From: a virus
IMG/VR virus record: IMGVR_UViG_3300045988_112022
DNA length: 64,000 nucleotides
Direction: 5' to 3' (one strand)
The notes below the pieces were generated by a model. That model was not told the DNA's origin. It saw only the letters and a program-made list of their open reading frames with translations, and did not search any database. Shown here piece by piece: positions 1-7,628 of the stretch. Within the stretch, counting starts at the first letter, position 1; every line of letters starts with the position of its first letter. The translations under genes and the position numbers were made by a program.

Positions 1-450
1 CATATCTTTGATGCTCCAGCAATAGGGCCATGCGTATGCACAGCTCCGCAAGGAAGCCTCTTTATTACCTGACTGAATGTAGTAATCTTTCCATTTCTCA
101 TATAATTCACTCATAGTTATGGAATCGTCCAAATCATATGGGTTCCGATTATATTCCACAAGCGCTGCATAAGCATCGTTATAGTTTTCAAAGAATGCTT
201 CCGGTTTGAGCAGCTTGCATATAGGTTTACCCTTTGGAGTCTTTCCTACAGTCACCATAGCTCTGAATGGTTTCCGGAGATTACGTCCTTTAAGCTCACT
301 TATTTGGCCGAACCCATTAGGTAATCGGCGTCTCTTACGTGTGGATTTTCTTACAGGCTTAGGCTGTTCCTTCAGTGGATACCCGCAATGAGGACACGCG
401 AAGGCCCGATCGCTAACCTGTAAATCGCATTCTGGACATTTGATCAACAT
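1..450 (-). CDS. int: tyrosine integrase, N-terminal part (gene continues beyond left edge)
   Basis: Absent from the ORF track because it runs off the window. My reverse-strand translation from the ATG (complement of 448-450, RBS GGAAAGGA) gives MLIKCPECDLQVSDRAFACPHCGYPL..RRRLPNGFGQISELKGRNLRKPFRAMVTVG..NPYDLDDSITMSELYEKWKDYY. That is a zinc ribbon, an arm-type DNA-binding segment and the start of the core-binding domain, as in Firmicute phage integrases. The catalytic domain is not visible. Confidence 0.65.
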   Translation of the reverse strand, partial: MLIKCPECDLQVSDRAFACPHCGYPLKEQPKPVRKSTRKRRRLPNGFGQISELKGRNLRKPFRAMVTVGKTPKGKPICKLLKPEAFFENYNDAYAALVEYNRNPYDLDDSITMSELYEKWKDYYIQSGNKEASLRSCAYAWPYCWSIKDM

Positions 451-548
451 ATCGTTACCAATCCTTTCCATTGTATTTTCACTTTATATTATATATCATA
501 CGGTGTAGGAATAGTCAAATCCTACATTATATTTTTACGGAGGTTTAT

Positions 549-878
549 ATGACATATGATAATGGGCCTATCTGTCCACATTGTGGAGGACAGACACACT
601 ATTATGACAAAGCCAAAAGGATAGTAAAGGGTAAATACGGGGAATCCAAGAAAATCTATGTGTATAGATACAGATGCTCTCAATGCGGTGAAATACACCG
701 AGTCATACCGGACACATTAATACCTTTCAAACATTACGAAAAAGAGGTCATACAAGGCGTGATAGAAGGAACGATTACTCCTGAAACACTGGGCTTTGAA
801 GACTACCCAAGTGAAATGACCATGCATCGATGGAGAAAAGATAGCAGTAAAAACATTTTCATGTGTTTCGCATCATAA
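549..878 (+). CDS. zinc-ribbon protein (two CxxC pairs), function unknown
   Basis: In the track ORF 471-878 I prefer the ATG at 549, which follows GGAGG. Motifs: CPHCGG...CSQCGE. Divergent from int. Confidence 0.55.
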   Translation: MTYDNGPICPHCGGQTHYYDKAKRIVKGKYGESKKIYVYRYRCSQCGEIHRVIPDTLIPFKHYEKEVIQGVIEGTITPETLGFEDYPSEMTMHRWRKDSSKNIFMCFAS

Positions 879-962
879 GATTAAAAGGTTATATTTTCCA
901 CTGACTTTGTTTTAACAAATAGACGCCATTAGCCTACAATAATCGTGAAAGGAGGGAAAACA

Positions 963-1235
963 TTGGACGAAGTAATATTTGGACCTGGATCAGTGCCAGT
1001 AGCAGTAGCAGCACGGGTGTTTGGTAAAGATGCCTGCTGGGTTCGTGCGGGTATCATTACCGGTTATCTAAACATAGGTACCGCCACCAGGAATGGGAAA
1101 GTAATAACATCTATAGACCAGATGAATAGTAAATTCGGTCGCATTAACTATTATATTTCCCCGAAGAAACTTTATGAAGAAACAGGCTATATTTGGAAAG
1201 GACGAAGTAAACATGGGAACCACGATCAGACCTGA
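963..1235 (+). CDS. small putative DNA-binding protein (Xis/HTH-like)
   Basis: Track ORF 945-1235. The AAAGGAGGG at 948-956 looks like the RBS for the TTG at 963. VAVAARVFGKDACWVRAGIITGYL is HTH-like. Start and function are uncertain. Confidence 0.4.
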   Translation: MDEVIFGPGSVPVAVAARVFGKDACWVRAGIITGYLNIGTATRNGKVITSIDQMNSKFGRINYYISPKKLYEETGYIWKGRSKHGNHDQT

Positions 1236-1632
1236 ATTGTCGGAGAAGAATCCATATTGGATAGAACGACATCGGTATTATGAACTCAAACATTTCTGCC
1301 TGCAGTATCCTATATGGAAGAAAACCTACGAAGCCATGAACGGATTGCTTGGAAGACCCGCTGATCTGGCATCCTTCGGTAAAATGAAGCATATCTCGAA
1401 TCCGACCGAAAGAATTGCCACTATGAAAGCTTATTATTCCGAACGTATGGACATGATTCGTAAAGCTGCAGAGAAAGCAAATGGAGACTTAGCTGAATAC
1501 ATAGTGAGAGGAGTAACCGAGGGACTATCTTACGATGTGTTAAAAATCAAAATGGATATACCATGCTGTAAAGATGTGTATTACGAAAGCTATAGGAAAT
1601 TCTTCTGGATTCTGAATAAAATGAGAGATTAG
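1213..1632 (+). CDS. hypothetical protein, possible sigma/ArpU/RinA-like transcription regulator
   Basis: Track ORF 1174-1632, with an in-frame ATG at 1213. The C-terminal segment GLSYDVLKIKMDIPCCKDVYYESYRKFFWIL resembles a region-4-like HTH. Functional call is weak. Confidence 0.45.
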   Translation: MGTTIRPELSEKNPYWIERHRYYELKHFCLQYPIWKKTYEAMNGLLGRPADLASFGKMKHISNPTERIATMKAYYSERMDMIRKAAEKANGDLAEYIVRGVTEGLSYDVLKIKMDIPCCKDVYYESYRKFFWILNKMRD

Positions 1633-1634
1633 TT

Positions 1635-1661
1635 TCGCGAGAAAAACAGCTTGTTTTATGA
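1635..1661 (+). promoter_or_regulatory. TCGCG-N16-TAATGA box, copy 1
   Basis: TCGCGAGAAAAACAGCTTGTTTTATGA, upstream of CDS 1688. Confidence 0.5.
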
Positions 1662-1687
1662 CAAAGAAAAAGAAAGGAGAATTACTT

Positions 1688-1891
1688 ATGAATTACGAAC
1701 TTTTATTAGATGCAGTCAAAGAGGTGTCCAAGGACAAATTGAAGGAGATTAGCTTCAAACTTGATGATCAGACCATCCAGGCAATTAAAGAGATGGATCT
1801 GAGCGAAGACGAGAAGCGACAGCTCATTCTGATGTCCAAGGACAGAGCCTTCTTTGACATGCTGCTGATAAATGCACTCAAAGAAGAGTAA
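1688..1891 (+). CDS. hypothetical protein
   Basis: Track ORF 1658-1891. The ATG at 1658 lies inside the promoter-like box. GAAAGGAG RBS precedes the ATG at 1688. Confidence 0.55.
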   Translation: MNYELLLDAVKEVSKDKLKEISFKLDDQTIQAIKEMDLSEDEKRQLILMSKDRAFFDMLLINALKEE

Positions 1892-1955
1892 CATCTTTCA
1901 GCTAAAGAAAGTAAGGGGACGGCTGTTAGCGGACAGCTATCCTCTTATTTTTCTT

Positions 1956-2132
1956 TTAACGATTAATAACCTTACCAATCAGGTCTGCCATTTTCTCATG
2001 TGATGATCTACGATCGGCAATAGCTTCGTCAAGGGTGTTATTTCCATAGACTTCTTCTACCTGGTCGGCAGTCCAGATATCGCCGAATTCTTCCATGGTT
2101 TCGATAAAAGTGTTGATTTCTGTTTTTGTCAT
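1956..2132 (-). CDS. hypothetical 58-aa protein
   Basis: Below the track cutoff. Reverse translation gives MTKTEINTFIETMEEFGDIWTADQVEEVYGNNTLDEAIADRRSSHEKMADLIGKVINR, preceded by AAAGGAG. Confidence 0.5.
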   Translation of the reverse strand: MTKTEINTFIETMEEFGDIWTADQVEEVYGNNTLDEAIADRRSSHEKMADLIGKVINR

Positions 2133-2194
2133 ATTATTGAAGCTCCTTTCATGATTTGGTTGGGATAACAGTATACCACAAACCTAGATTAGCT

Positions 2195-2482
2195 TCAATC
2201 GTCAAATCTGTCGCAGGATGTCTTGCAATTCGGATATGGAGCGCCACATGAAACGCATCCTGATGGAATATCCGGTTCAGAATCGACGAGGATACAACCA
2301 TCTACAAGATTGATATACGGACCGTTATCCTCATATTCTCCAATATCGTAGACTTTACCGCAGTTGGGACATACGAATTGATCATCTTCTAAATTCATCA
2401 ATGCGCCGCAATCACAAACTGCTTCGCCCTGGAGAATAAGCTGAATAATTTCATCTTCATTTTCTGTGAAATATCCATTCAT
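2195..2482 (-). CDS. Cys-rich zinc-ribbon protein
   Basis: Track ORF 2195-2500. GAGGAGG RBS favours the start at MNGYF (complement of 2480-2482). Motifs: CDCG..CPNCG..CVSCG..C..C. Confidence 0.6.
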   Translation of the reverse strand: MNGYFTENEDEIIQLILQGEAVCDCGALMNLEDDQFVCPNCGKVYDIGEYEDNGPYINLVDGCILVDSEPDIPSGCVSCGAPYPNCKTSCDRFDD

Positions 2483-2529
2483 AATGGTGGACCTCCTCAT
2501 ATATTGGTCTAATAATTATACACCGTAAT

Positions 2530-2556
2530 TCGTGGAATTTACAGTCACTTTAATGA
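2530..2556 (+). promoter_or_regulatory. TCGCG-N16-TAATGA box, copy 2 (TCGTG variant)
   Basis: TCGTGGAATTTACAGTCACTTTAATGA, upstream of CDS 2585. Confidence 0.45.
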
Positions 2557-2584
2557 AAAAACTTATTTCAAAGGAGAGATTGAG

Positions 2585-2812
2585 ATGAATAGAATGAAAT
2601 TCGAAGGACGTATGAACTATTTTATGTTAACTGCCATCAGATCGGCTAAGAATGAAGATGGATTGATATCCGATCGAGATTTAAAAGCTATAGAACTGAT
2701 GAAGGAACTTATTGGTTATGCGGAGGAATTGAACTACGAAATTGAAAAACTCAAGAAAGAAGTGAGCAATTTGAAAAGAGAAAACGAGAGAGCAGAGAAG
2801 ATAGGGGCATAG
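2585..2812 (+). CDS. hypothetical coiled-coil protein
   Basis: Track ORF with GGAGAG RBS. C-terminal heptad-like EELNYEIEKLKKEVSNLKRENE. Confidence 0.6.
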   Translation: MNRMKFEGRMNYFMLTAIRSAKNEDGLISDRDLKAIELMKELIGYAEELNYEIEKLKKEVSNLKRENERAEKIGA

Positions 2813-2828
2813 CCTCTGTCTTTTATTT

Positions 2829-2855
2829 TCGCGTAGAAATCAGCCCCTTTTATGA
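2829..2855 (+). promoter_or_regulatory. TCGCG-N16-TAATGA box, copy 3
   Basis: TCGCGTAGAAATCAGCCCCTTTTATGA, upstream of CDS 2888. Confidence 0.5.
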
Positions 2856-2887
2856 GAAGAAAACATATTTTGAAGGAGGTTTTTATT

Positions 2888-3082
2888 ATGTCAATTAAAG
2901 AGAGGAAAGAAATCACAAAGATGCTCGTGAAAGTAGAAGTGGTGATATTGATGATGATATTTACAATAATATTGTTACACACAATGCCACTTGCTGGAAC
3001 CGCAATGTTTGTGGTCGACTGTATTTCTATTGGCTTATATGCCAAAGCAAAATCTGAAGAATACGAGGAAGAGTTCTATTAA
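2888..3082 (+). CDS. small membrane protein
   Basis: Track ORF 2852-3082. GAAGGAGG RBS precedes the ATG at 2888. Two hydrophobic helices. Confidence 0.55.
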   Translation: MSIKERKEITKMLVKVEVVILMMIFTIILLHTMPLAGTAMFVVDCISIGLYAKAKSEEYEEEFY

Positions 3083-3235
3083 GAGCTCTTTCTTTTATTT
3101 TTATCCTAGATTAGACAAAGCGCTATTCTAGGTTAGAATCCGTACGCAGGTTACTGGAAACAAAGTTATATTTGTAATGTGAAAAATTCCCGGGGAGGGA
3201 TTTTCATAAAAACAATTCAAAGGAGGGTACGACCG

Positions 3236-3319
3236 GTGGATGTATCATTTTTATTGGGAACAATTTTGGGAGCAGCATTAACCAATATCGTTTATGTGAT
3301 CATATTGAGGAGGAAATAG
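3236..3319 (+). CDS. possible 27-aa membrane peptide
   Basis: GTG start after AAAGGAGGG. Product VDVSFLLGTILGAALTNIVYVIILRRK. Too short to be sure. Confidence 0.3.
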   Translation: MDVSFLLGTILGAALTNIVYVIILRRK

Positions 3320-3320
3320 T

Positions 3321-3545
3321 ATGGTATATTTAGTTTTTCTTGGCGGAGTGTTTATAGGTGCTATTATCACTTGCGTTATTCATCAGAAAACATCTGCACA
3401 TGGATATTTTACCGTTACACCATATTCAGATGATGAGATTGCAGTTGATGAGGGATTCTATTCCGTGAAAGTATCCTTGCCAAAAGATGTAAACCTCGTG
3501 AATAAAGGCAGGATTATCTTACATAATTCCAATTCGCACAAATAA
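3321..3545 (+). CDS. small membrane-anchored protein
   Basis: Track ORF with GAGGAGG RBS and an N-terminal TM helix. Confidence 0.6.
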   Translation: MVYLVFLGGVFIGAIITCVIHQKTSAHGYFTVTPYSDDEIAVDEGFYSVKVSLPKDVNLVNKGRIILHNSNSHK

Positions 3546-3595
3546 CAGCTTCTTTTATGGAAACGTATTAATTTATTTTTAAGGAGGATTTCAAA

Positions 3596-3982
3596 ATGGA
3601 AACTATTGAAGAATTATTAAAAAATGAACTTGAAGTGGAACTCGAAGCTTTGGGTAAAACAAATCTTGGTTCGGATGATTATAAGGTAGCAGTTGATGGA
3701 ATCACCAGGCTTATGGACAGACATATCGAGATTAGCAAGCTTAACGATGAATATGAACTTAAAAGAGATGCACGAGAAATCGATACAGATCTTAAAGTTC
3801 AGCAGATGAAAGCAGATGCTAAGGATCGAAAAATCAAGTATGCCATAAGTATTGGTGAGACAGTCGTATCTACTGCAGTAATTATCTGGGGCACTTTGAA
3901 ATCATTCAAATTCGAGGAAAACGGAACAATTACTACAATAATGGGACGAGGTTTCATTAACAAACTTCTTCCGAAGAAGTAA
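3596..3982 (+). CDS. hypothetical protein with C-terminal TM helix
   Basis: Track ORF with AAGGAGG RBS. Confidence 0.65.
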   Translation: METIEELLKNELEVELEALGKTNLGSDDYKVAVDGITRLMDRHIEISKLNDEYELKRDAREIDTDLKVQQMKADAKDRKIKYAISIGETVVSTAVIIWGTLKSFKFEENGTITTIMGRGFINKLLPKK

Positions 3983-3998
3983 AATACGGATAAGCAGG

Positions 3999-4028
3999 GA
4001 CGCTGAGGAAACTTGGCGTCTTTGTTTT
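3999..4028 (+). terminator. rho-independent terminator
   Basis: GACGCTGAGG..CTTGGCGTC hairpin followed by TTTGTTTT. Confidence 0.5.
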
Positions 4029-4083
4029 ATTTTGTTTACACAATTATGTAGGAGTAGTATAATTAATTGGTACATTCAACTCT

Positions 4084-4998
4084 ATGGGGGAAATACGAAA
4101 GATGAAAGAAAAATTGTTATCAAAGAAAATACTACCAGTTCTACTATGTGTGATACTCATCGCAGGCTCCGTATGTTTCGGAACATTCATAGCAAGTAAG
4201 CCTAATACCTATAAGAAAACAATAGCCGAGCTTGATGAAAAATCCGCAGATGTTGCCAAAATGTCAGTCGCTACATTGGGCATGTCTACTTTAATTGCAG
4301 CTGTTCCGGGAGACACAACCACTCCAATCGCTGATTATCTTGTAGATTTAAATTCATGGTTACTGATAATCATGATGGTTTTGACGCTGGAAAAATATTT
4401 GCTGACAATAATCGGAAAAGCGGTATTTTGGCTCATAATACCTATAGGATTAGCTTTGATTGGGATAAGTATTCCTCCCAAAAGTCAATCATTAAAAATA
4501 AGAGGTTTTAACATTCTATTGGCTGGGCTTTTAGTATGGGCGATCGTCCCTACCGGAATGATGATATCCAGAGATATTGAAAGAACATATAGTTTTTCAG
4601 TAAGCGATGTTGCTAATGAAACCGAGAATATTCAGAATAAAGCAGCGGAAATAGAAGAGAACGACGATTCTGAAGAGTCAGATGGCGAGGAGGACGAAAA
4701 CATCATAAGCGGATTTATTTCGAAAGCCAAGGATGCCGTTGAAGATGTTATTATAAACCCGCTCGAAGAAAAAGTCGCTCAGGCCAAGAAAATGGTGAAT
4801 ACCGTGGTCAATGCGATCATCGTTTTGGTTATAACATCTTGTGTGATTCCATTGTTTACGTTAATTGCGTTCTTATTATTAATAAAAATAACATTGCATT
4901 TAGATCTACTTGGGGAAATAGATTCCGTACGGTTAGCGTTGGTTTCGGGACAGAAAAATGCACTCGGTAAAATCAAAATAAAACACAAAAAATCTTAA
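4084..4998 (+). CDS. multi-pass membrane protein with acidic loop
   Basis: Track ORF; the start could instead be the ATG at 4102. Several TM helices and an EENDDSEESDGEEDE loop. Upstream TTTACA-N17-TATAAT looks like a canonical sigma-A promoter (about 4036-4064). Confidence 0.7.
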   Translation: MGEIRKMKEKLLSKKILPVLLCVILIAGSVCFGTFIASKPNTYKKTIAELDEKSADVAKMSVATLGMSTLIAAVPGDTTTPIADYLVDLNSWLLIIMMVLTLEKYLLTIIGKAVFWLIIPIGLALIGISIPPKSQSLKIRGFNILLAGLLVWAIVPTGMMISRDIERTYSFSVSDVANETENIQNKAAEIEENDDSEESDGEEDENIISGFISKAKDAVEDVIINPLEEKVAQAKKMVNTVVNAIIVLVITSCVIPLFTLIAFLLLIKITLHLDLLGEIDSVRLALVSGQKNALGKIKIKHKKS

Positions 4999-5049
4999 AA
5001 TTTACATAAGAGCTTATATCAAAATGGTATAGGCTCTTTTTTTTTTAAG

Positions 5050-5076
5050 TCGCTAAAATTACAAGCTCTTTAATGA
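5050..5076 (+). promoter_or_regulatory. TCGCG-N16-TAATGA box, copy 4 (TCGCT variant)
   Basis: TCGCTAAAATTACAAGCTCTTTAATGA, upstream of CDS 5101. Confidence 0.45.
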
Positions 5077-5100
5077 AAAAAATTGAAAGGAGAAACATCT

Positions 5101-5343
5101 ATGAATAACGAGAAAATTGTAAAACATATACATTGGGGAGCGAATAACAATTACCAAAATAACTATGTTATAGTTTTATGGAGTGATTATACGTGGGAAC
5201 AGTTCAATCTTGGACCAGAGCCATATATCAAAGGTAAAACTATGAAACAGCATTATAATTTTGGTAAAGCAATAACCAGTAAAATGACCAAAAACCAATT
5301 CATAGAATATTTGAATCAAAAGAAAGCAGAGATTGAGTCCTAA
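5101..5343 (+). CDS. hypothetical protein
   Basis: Track ORF 5083-5343. GAAAGGAG RBS precedes the ATG at 5101. Ends ..EIES with GAG TCC TAA inside the terminator stem. Confidence 0.6.
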   Translation: MNNEKIVKHIHWGANNNYQNNYVIVLWSDYTWEQFNLGPEPYIKGKTMKQHYNFGKAITSKMTKNQFIEYLNQKKAEIES

Positions 5344-5365
5344 CAAGGGCTCTTTCTTTTTTTTT
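5335..5365 (+). terminator. terminator, GAGTCCT-AACA-AGGGCTC family
   Basis: GAGTCCTAACAAGGGCTC followed by a T-run. Confidence 0.7.
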
Positions 5366-5378
5366 CTAGGAATAACCA

Positions 5379-5738
5379 ATGAGATATCATTACGAAAAAC
5401 CGGATCACTATACATCAATGTACGGACGAACTTATATTTGTGATCATCTGGTATACAGTCATTGTACATTATATAAAATCGGAGAAAAGGGTCTGGCTGT
5501 TATTCAGCAGCGTTATATTCCGGAAACAAAGTCAACATGTTGGACCGAAATTGATCCATGGCTGGTTGATGCTTTATATTTACATGAAGGTTTCAAAAAG
5601 TTCTTCGATGATCGTGCTGGAAAGTGCAACGATGGATTATATCCTACAACCAGTATCAGGCAGATTATGTGGGCTTTGAAGATGAAACCTTTGAAACGAG
5701 AACGCTGGGAAACCTGTTTCGATCGCCGGAGTATTTAG
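5379..5738 (+). CDS. hypothetical protein
   Basis: Track ORF of 119 aa. Weak RBS, no motif recognised. Confidence 0.55.
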   Translation: MRYHYEKPDHYTSMYGRTYICDHLVYSHCTLYKIGEKGLAVIQQRYIPETKSTCWTEIDPWLVDALYLHEGFKKFFDDRAGKCNDGLYPTTSIRQIMWALKMKPLKRERWETCFDRRSI

Positions 5739-5762
5739 CGAAAATTACATTCTGTATTATGA
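5736..5762 (+). promoter_or_regulatory. TCGCG-N16-TAATGA box, copy 5 (TAGCG variant)
   Basis: TAGCGAAAATTACATTCTGTATTATGA, upstream of CDS 5778. Confidence 0.4.
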
Positions 5763-5777
5763 AAGGAGTGATTATTT

Positions 5778-6029
5778 ATGCGAGAATTGAATAAAAATGC
5801 GTGGGTATTTGAAATGACCGTTGATGAATCATGCAAAAATATCGATGATATCGAGGATATTATTAGACAATCTAATGGTACTATTATAGGATTAAGAGGT
5901 AGAAACCATGTAATAGAGTTTCTGATAGTTCTCGATTTATTGGCCATGGATGATTTGATTACAGATATGGTAGTGCGATATCCAGGCAGAACAAGATTCA
6001 GAAAAGCAAAAGCAATAAGCTTCAAATGA
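5778..6029 (+). CDS. hypothetical protein
   Basis: Track ORF with GAAAGGAG RBS. Confidence 0.6.
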   Translation: MRELNKNAWVFEMTVDESCKNIDDIEDIIRQSNGTIIGLRGRNHVIEFLIVLDLLAMDDLITDMVVRYPGRTRFRKAKAISFK

Positions 6030-6055
6030 GGGTCCTAACAAGGGCTCTTTCTTTT
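6030..6055 (+). terminator. terminator, same family
   Basis: GGGTCCTAACAAGGGCTC followed by TTTCTTTT. Confidence 0.7.
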
Positions 6056-6081
6056 CGCGCGAATTACAGATGCTATTATGA
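6055..6081 (+). promoter_or_regulatory. TCGCG-N16-TAATGA box, copy 6
   Basis: TCGCGCGAATTACAGATGCTATTATGA, fused to the preceding T-run. Confidence 0.5.
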
Positions 6082-6095
6082 AAGGAGTGATTTAT

Positions 6096-6356
6096 ATGAG
6101 AAAAATCTACATTAGAACATCAGATATTTTTGATTACAAGGATGCGGAAAAACGGATGAAACATTTTGACTTCTGTCGTAAAAAAGCTTTGGAATGCGGT
6201 CTTATATGTCGTTCGCATATTGATGGCATGAACACTAGGCTTTTTATAGAGGGAAGAAAATCGAAAATGGTTAGATATTATTTAGCAACCATATTCAAAA
6301 CTGGAGATGGAGCAAACGGTGTTAAACGTCTCATATCAATTATTTTTACTCATTAG
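6096..6356 (+). CDS. hypothetical protein
   Basis: Track ORF 6078-6356. The ATG at 6078 is the box ATG. GAAAGGAG RBS precedes the ATG at 6096. Confidence 0.6.
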   Translation: MRKIYIRTSDIFDYKDAEKRMKHFDFCRKKALECGLICRSHIDGMNTRLFIEGRKSKMVRYYLATIFKTGDGANGVKRLISIIFTH

Positions 6357-6364
6357 GGGGAAAA

Positions 6365-6390
6365 GAGCCCTAGTTAGGACTCTTTCTTTT
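6365..6390 (+). terminator. terminator, inverted copy of the same hairpin
   Basis: GAGCCCTAGTTAGGACTC is the reverse complement of the family hairpin. AAAA on the left and a T-run on the right. Confidence 0.6.
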
Positions 6391-6416
6391 CGCGCGAATC
6401 ACAGGTGCTATTATGA
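6390..6416 (+). promoter_or_regulatory. TCGCG-N16-TAATGA box, copy 7
   Basis: TCGCGCGAATCACAGGTGCTATTATGA. Confidence 0.5.
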
Positions 6417-6445
6417 AAAGACTAATTTTATGGAGGTGCATATTT

Positions 6446-6646
6446 ATGAGCATTGTGACTAAAGTAGCAAAAATGAGACTTAATTATCACGCAACTATGT
6501 TGGACATTTGCAATGTTGCTAATCAATTAGGAATATTGAAAGATGAGAAAGCGGAAGAGGTGATGAAAAAGCACACATTTAAATGCTTTGACGCAATGGA
6601 ACATATGGGATTGGATCCATATGGAGCAATGAAAGAAGAGTCCTAA
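6446..6646 (+). CDS. hypothetical protein
   Basis: Track ORF 6413-6646. GGAGGTG RBS precedes the ATG at 6446. Ends ..KEES with GAG TCC TAA in the terminator stem. Confidence 0.6.
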   Translation: MSIVTKVAKMRLNYHATMLDICNVANQLGILKDEKAEEVMKKHTFKCFDAMEHMGLDPYGAMKEES

Positions 6647-6665
6647 CCAGGGCTCTTTCTTTTTT
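6638..6665 (+). terminator. terminator, same family
   Basis: GAGTCCTAACCAGGGCTC followed by a T-run. Confidence 0.7.
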
Positions 6666-6691
6666 CGCGTTGAAAACAATTTCTCTAATGG
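6665..6691 (+). promoter_or_regulatory. TCGCG-N16-TAATGA box, copy 8
   Basis: TCGCGTTGAAAACAATTTCTCTAATGG. Confidence 0.45.
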
Positions 6692-6724
6692 AAAGATTAC
6701 TAATTTCAAAGGAGGGATTACATT

Positions 6725-6892
6725 ATGATATTATTTACAATCTTATTCATCATATTGGTGGTATTAGCAATATTGACAGTACTCGGCGTAGCAGCGTTGG
6801 GTGCTGCCGGAATTGTAGTATTCGGCGATGTGATTGTATGCGTTGTGATTATTGTATTAATAATCAAGCACTTTATTAAGAAAAGAAAGTAA
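6725..6892 (+). CDS. 55-aa double-TM peptide
   Basis: Not in the track (under 60 aa). AAGGAGGG RBS. Product MILFTILFIILVVLAILTVLGVAALGAAGIVVFGDVIVCVVIIVLIIKHFIKKRK. Preferred over track ORF 6670-6879. Confidence 0.55.
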   Translation: MILFTILFIILVVLAILTVLGVAALGAAGIVVFGDVIVCVVIIVLIIKHFIKKRK

Positions 6893-6902
6893 TTAGTAAG
6901 CG

Positions 6903-6927
6903 GAGTCAGCAATGGCTCTTGCTTTTT
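6903..6927 (+). terminator. terminator (variant hairpin GAGTCA-GCAA-TGGCTC)
   Basis: Hairpin followed by TTGCTTTTT. Confidence 0.55.
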
Positions 6928-6953
6928 CGCGTATCTTACAACTCCTATAATGA
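6927..6953 (+). promoter_or_regulatory. TCGCG-N16-TAATGA box, copy 9
   Basis: TCGCGTATCTTACAACTCCTATAATGA. Confidence 0.5.
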
Positions 6954-6983
6954 GAAAATTATATTTTAAAGGAGGAATTTACT

Positions 6984-7175
6984 ATGAAGAAATCATTAGA
7001 AGATTACAAAGAAATGGTTGTAAAACCGCAGTTTGATTGGATTAAAATCCATTGGAAAGGATGGATGTTGATTATGATAATTTCGGCATGTATACCATAT
7101 ATCGTATATTACGGCAATGATATTGTAGATTCTATTAAAACAAAATTCTCAAAGGAGGAAGAGGAAAATGAGTGA
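6984..7175 (+). CDS. small membrane protein
   Basis: Track ORF with AAAGGAGG RBS and one TM helix. Confidence 0.6.
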   Translation: MKKSLEDYKEMVVKPQFDWIKIHWKGWMLIMIISACIPYIVYYGNDIVDSIKTKFSKEEEENE

Positions 7176-7236
7176 TGTATTAATCGCAATTGTTGGAGGT
7201 ATATTTATCTACCTGTTATTAAACAGAGGTAAATAA
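7168..7236 (+). CDS. possible 22-aa membrane peptide
   Basis: The ATG overlaps the end of the previous gene and an internal AAAGGAGG lies upstream. Product MSDVLIAIVGGIFIYLLLNRGK. Confidence 0.3.
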   Translation: MSDVLIAIVGGIFIYLLLNRGK

Positions 7237-7282
7237 CTCAGCAAGAAAGGGGTGATCATTCATTAGCCTCTTTCTTTTATTT

Positions 7283-7309
7283 TCGCGAAATATACGCGGA
7301 CTATTATGA
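7283..7309 (+). promoter_or_regulatory. TCGCG-N16-TAATGA box, copy 10
   Basis: TCGCGAAATATACGCGGACTATTATGA. Confidence 0.5.
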
Positions 7310-7344
7310 AAGAATAAAACATTTAAATTTGCAGGAGGATCATT

Positions 7345-7585
7345 ATGTCTGAAGAAATCAAAGAGTTAACTGACAAAGAAGCAATGAAAATACTCGGGGA
7401 ATTTGCAACTGCATGCTACGTCAAAGGAGTAAAAGATGCTCTGATTGGAGTTAGTGTTGGGGGCAATATTTGGAGTGGTAATTGCGGGCGGGTTCGAAGT
7501 TATCAATCTGTGGAAAGACAAAAAGAAAACTGAGAAACAAATTAAAGAATTTAATACTTTTGTAAAGGAAGAGATTGAGTCCTAA
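7345..7585 (+). pseudogene. small membrane protein gene interrupted by a frameshift at a G5 run
   Basis: The track ORF stops at 7533. In the +1 frame, sequence after the G-run (7459-7463) reads VLGAIFGVVIAGGFEVINLWKDKKKTEKQIKEFNTFVKEEIES. It ends in the family GAG TCC TAA terminator codons at 7577-7585. Confidence 0.45.
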
Positions 7586-7602
7586 CCAGGGCTCTTTCTT
7601 TT
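7577..7602 (+). terminator. terminator, same family
   Basis: GAGTCCTAACCAGGGCTC followed by TTTCTTTT. Confidence 0.7.
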
Positions 7603-7628
7603 CGCGAAAAAACCATCTTCTTTAATGA
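7602..7628 (+). promoter_or_regulatory. TCGCG-N16-TAATGA box, copy 11
   Basis: TCGCGAAAAAACCATCTTCTTTAATGA. No ORF follows. Confidence 0.5.

Noticed and set aside
206-391. 61-aa + strand ORF at the left edge.
   Set aside because: It is antisense to the integrase N-terminal coding sequence, which gives a far more convincing protein. It has no RBS.
1658-1687. N-terminal extensions in the ORF track that begin at the ATG of the TAATGA/TTATGA box (for example 1658, 2852, 6078, 6413 and 21588).
   Set aside because: That ATG is part of the conserved 27-nt box and has no RBS. In each case a strong AGGAG lies downstream, 6-10 nt before an in-frame ATG, which I used instead.
6670-6879. 69-aa track ORF (Cys/Arg-rich).
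   Set aside because: It starts at a TTG just after box copy 8 and has no RBS. The overlapping frame at 6725-6892 has a perfect AAGGAGGG RBS and encodes a clean double-TM peptide.
7470-7500. GGGTTCGAAG, resembling a tRNA T-loop (also CCGGTTCGAATTC near 50210).
   Set aside because: The flanking sequence cannot form T-arm, acceptor or anticodon stems. Both lie inside coding sequence.
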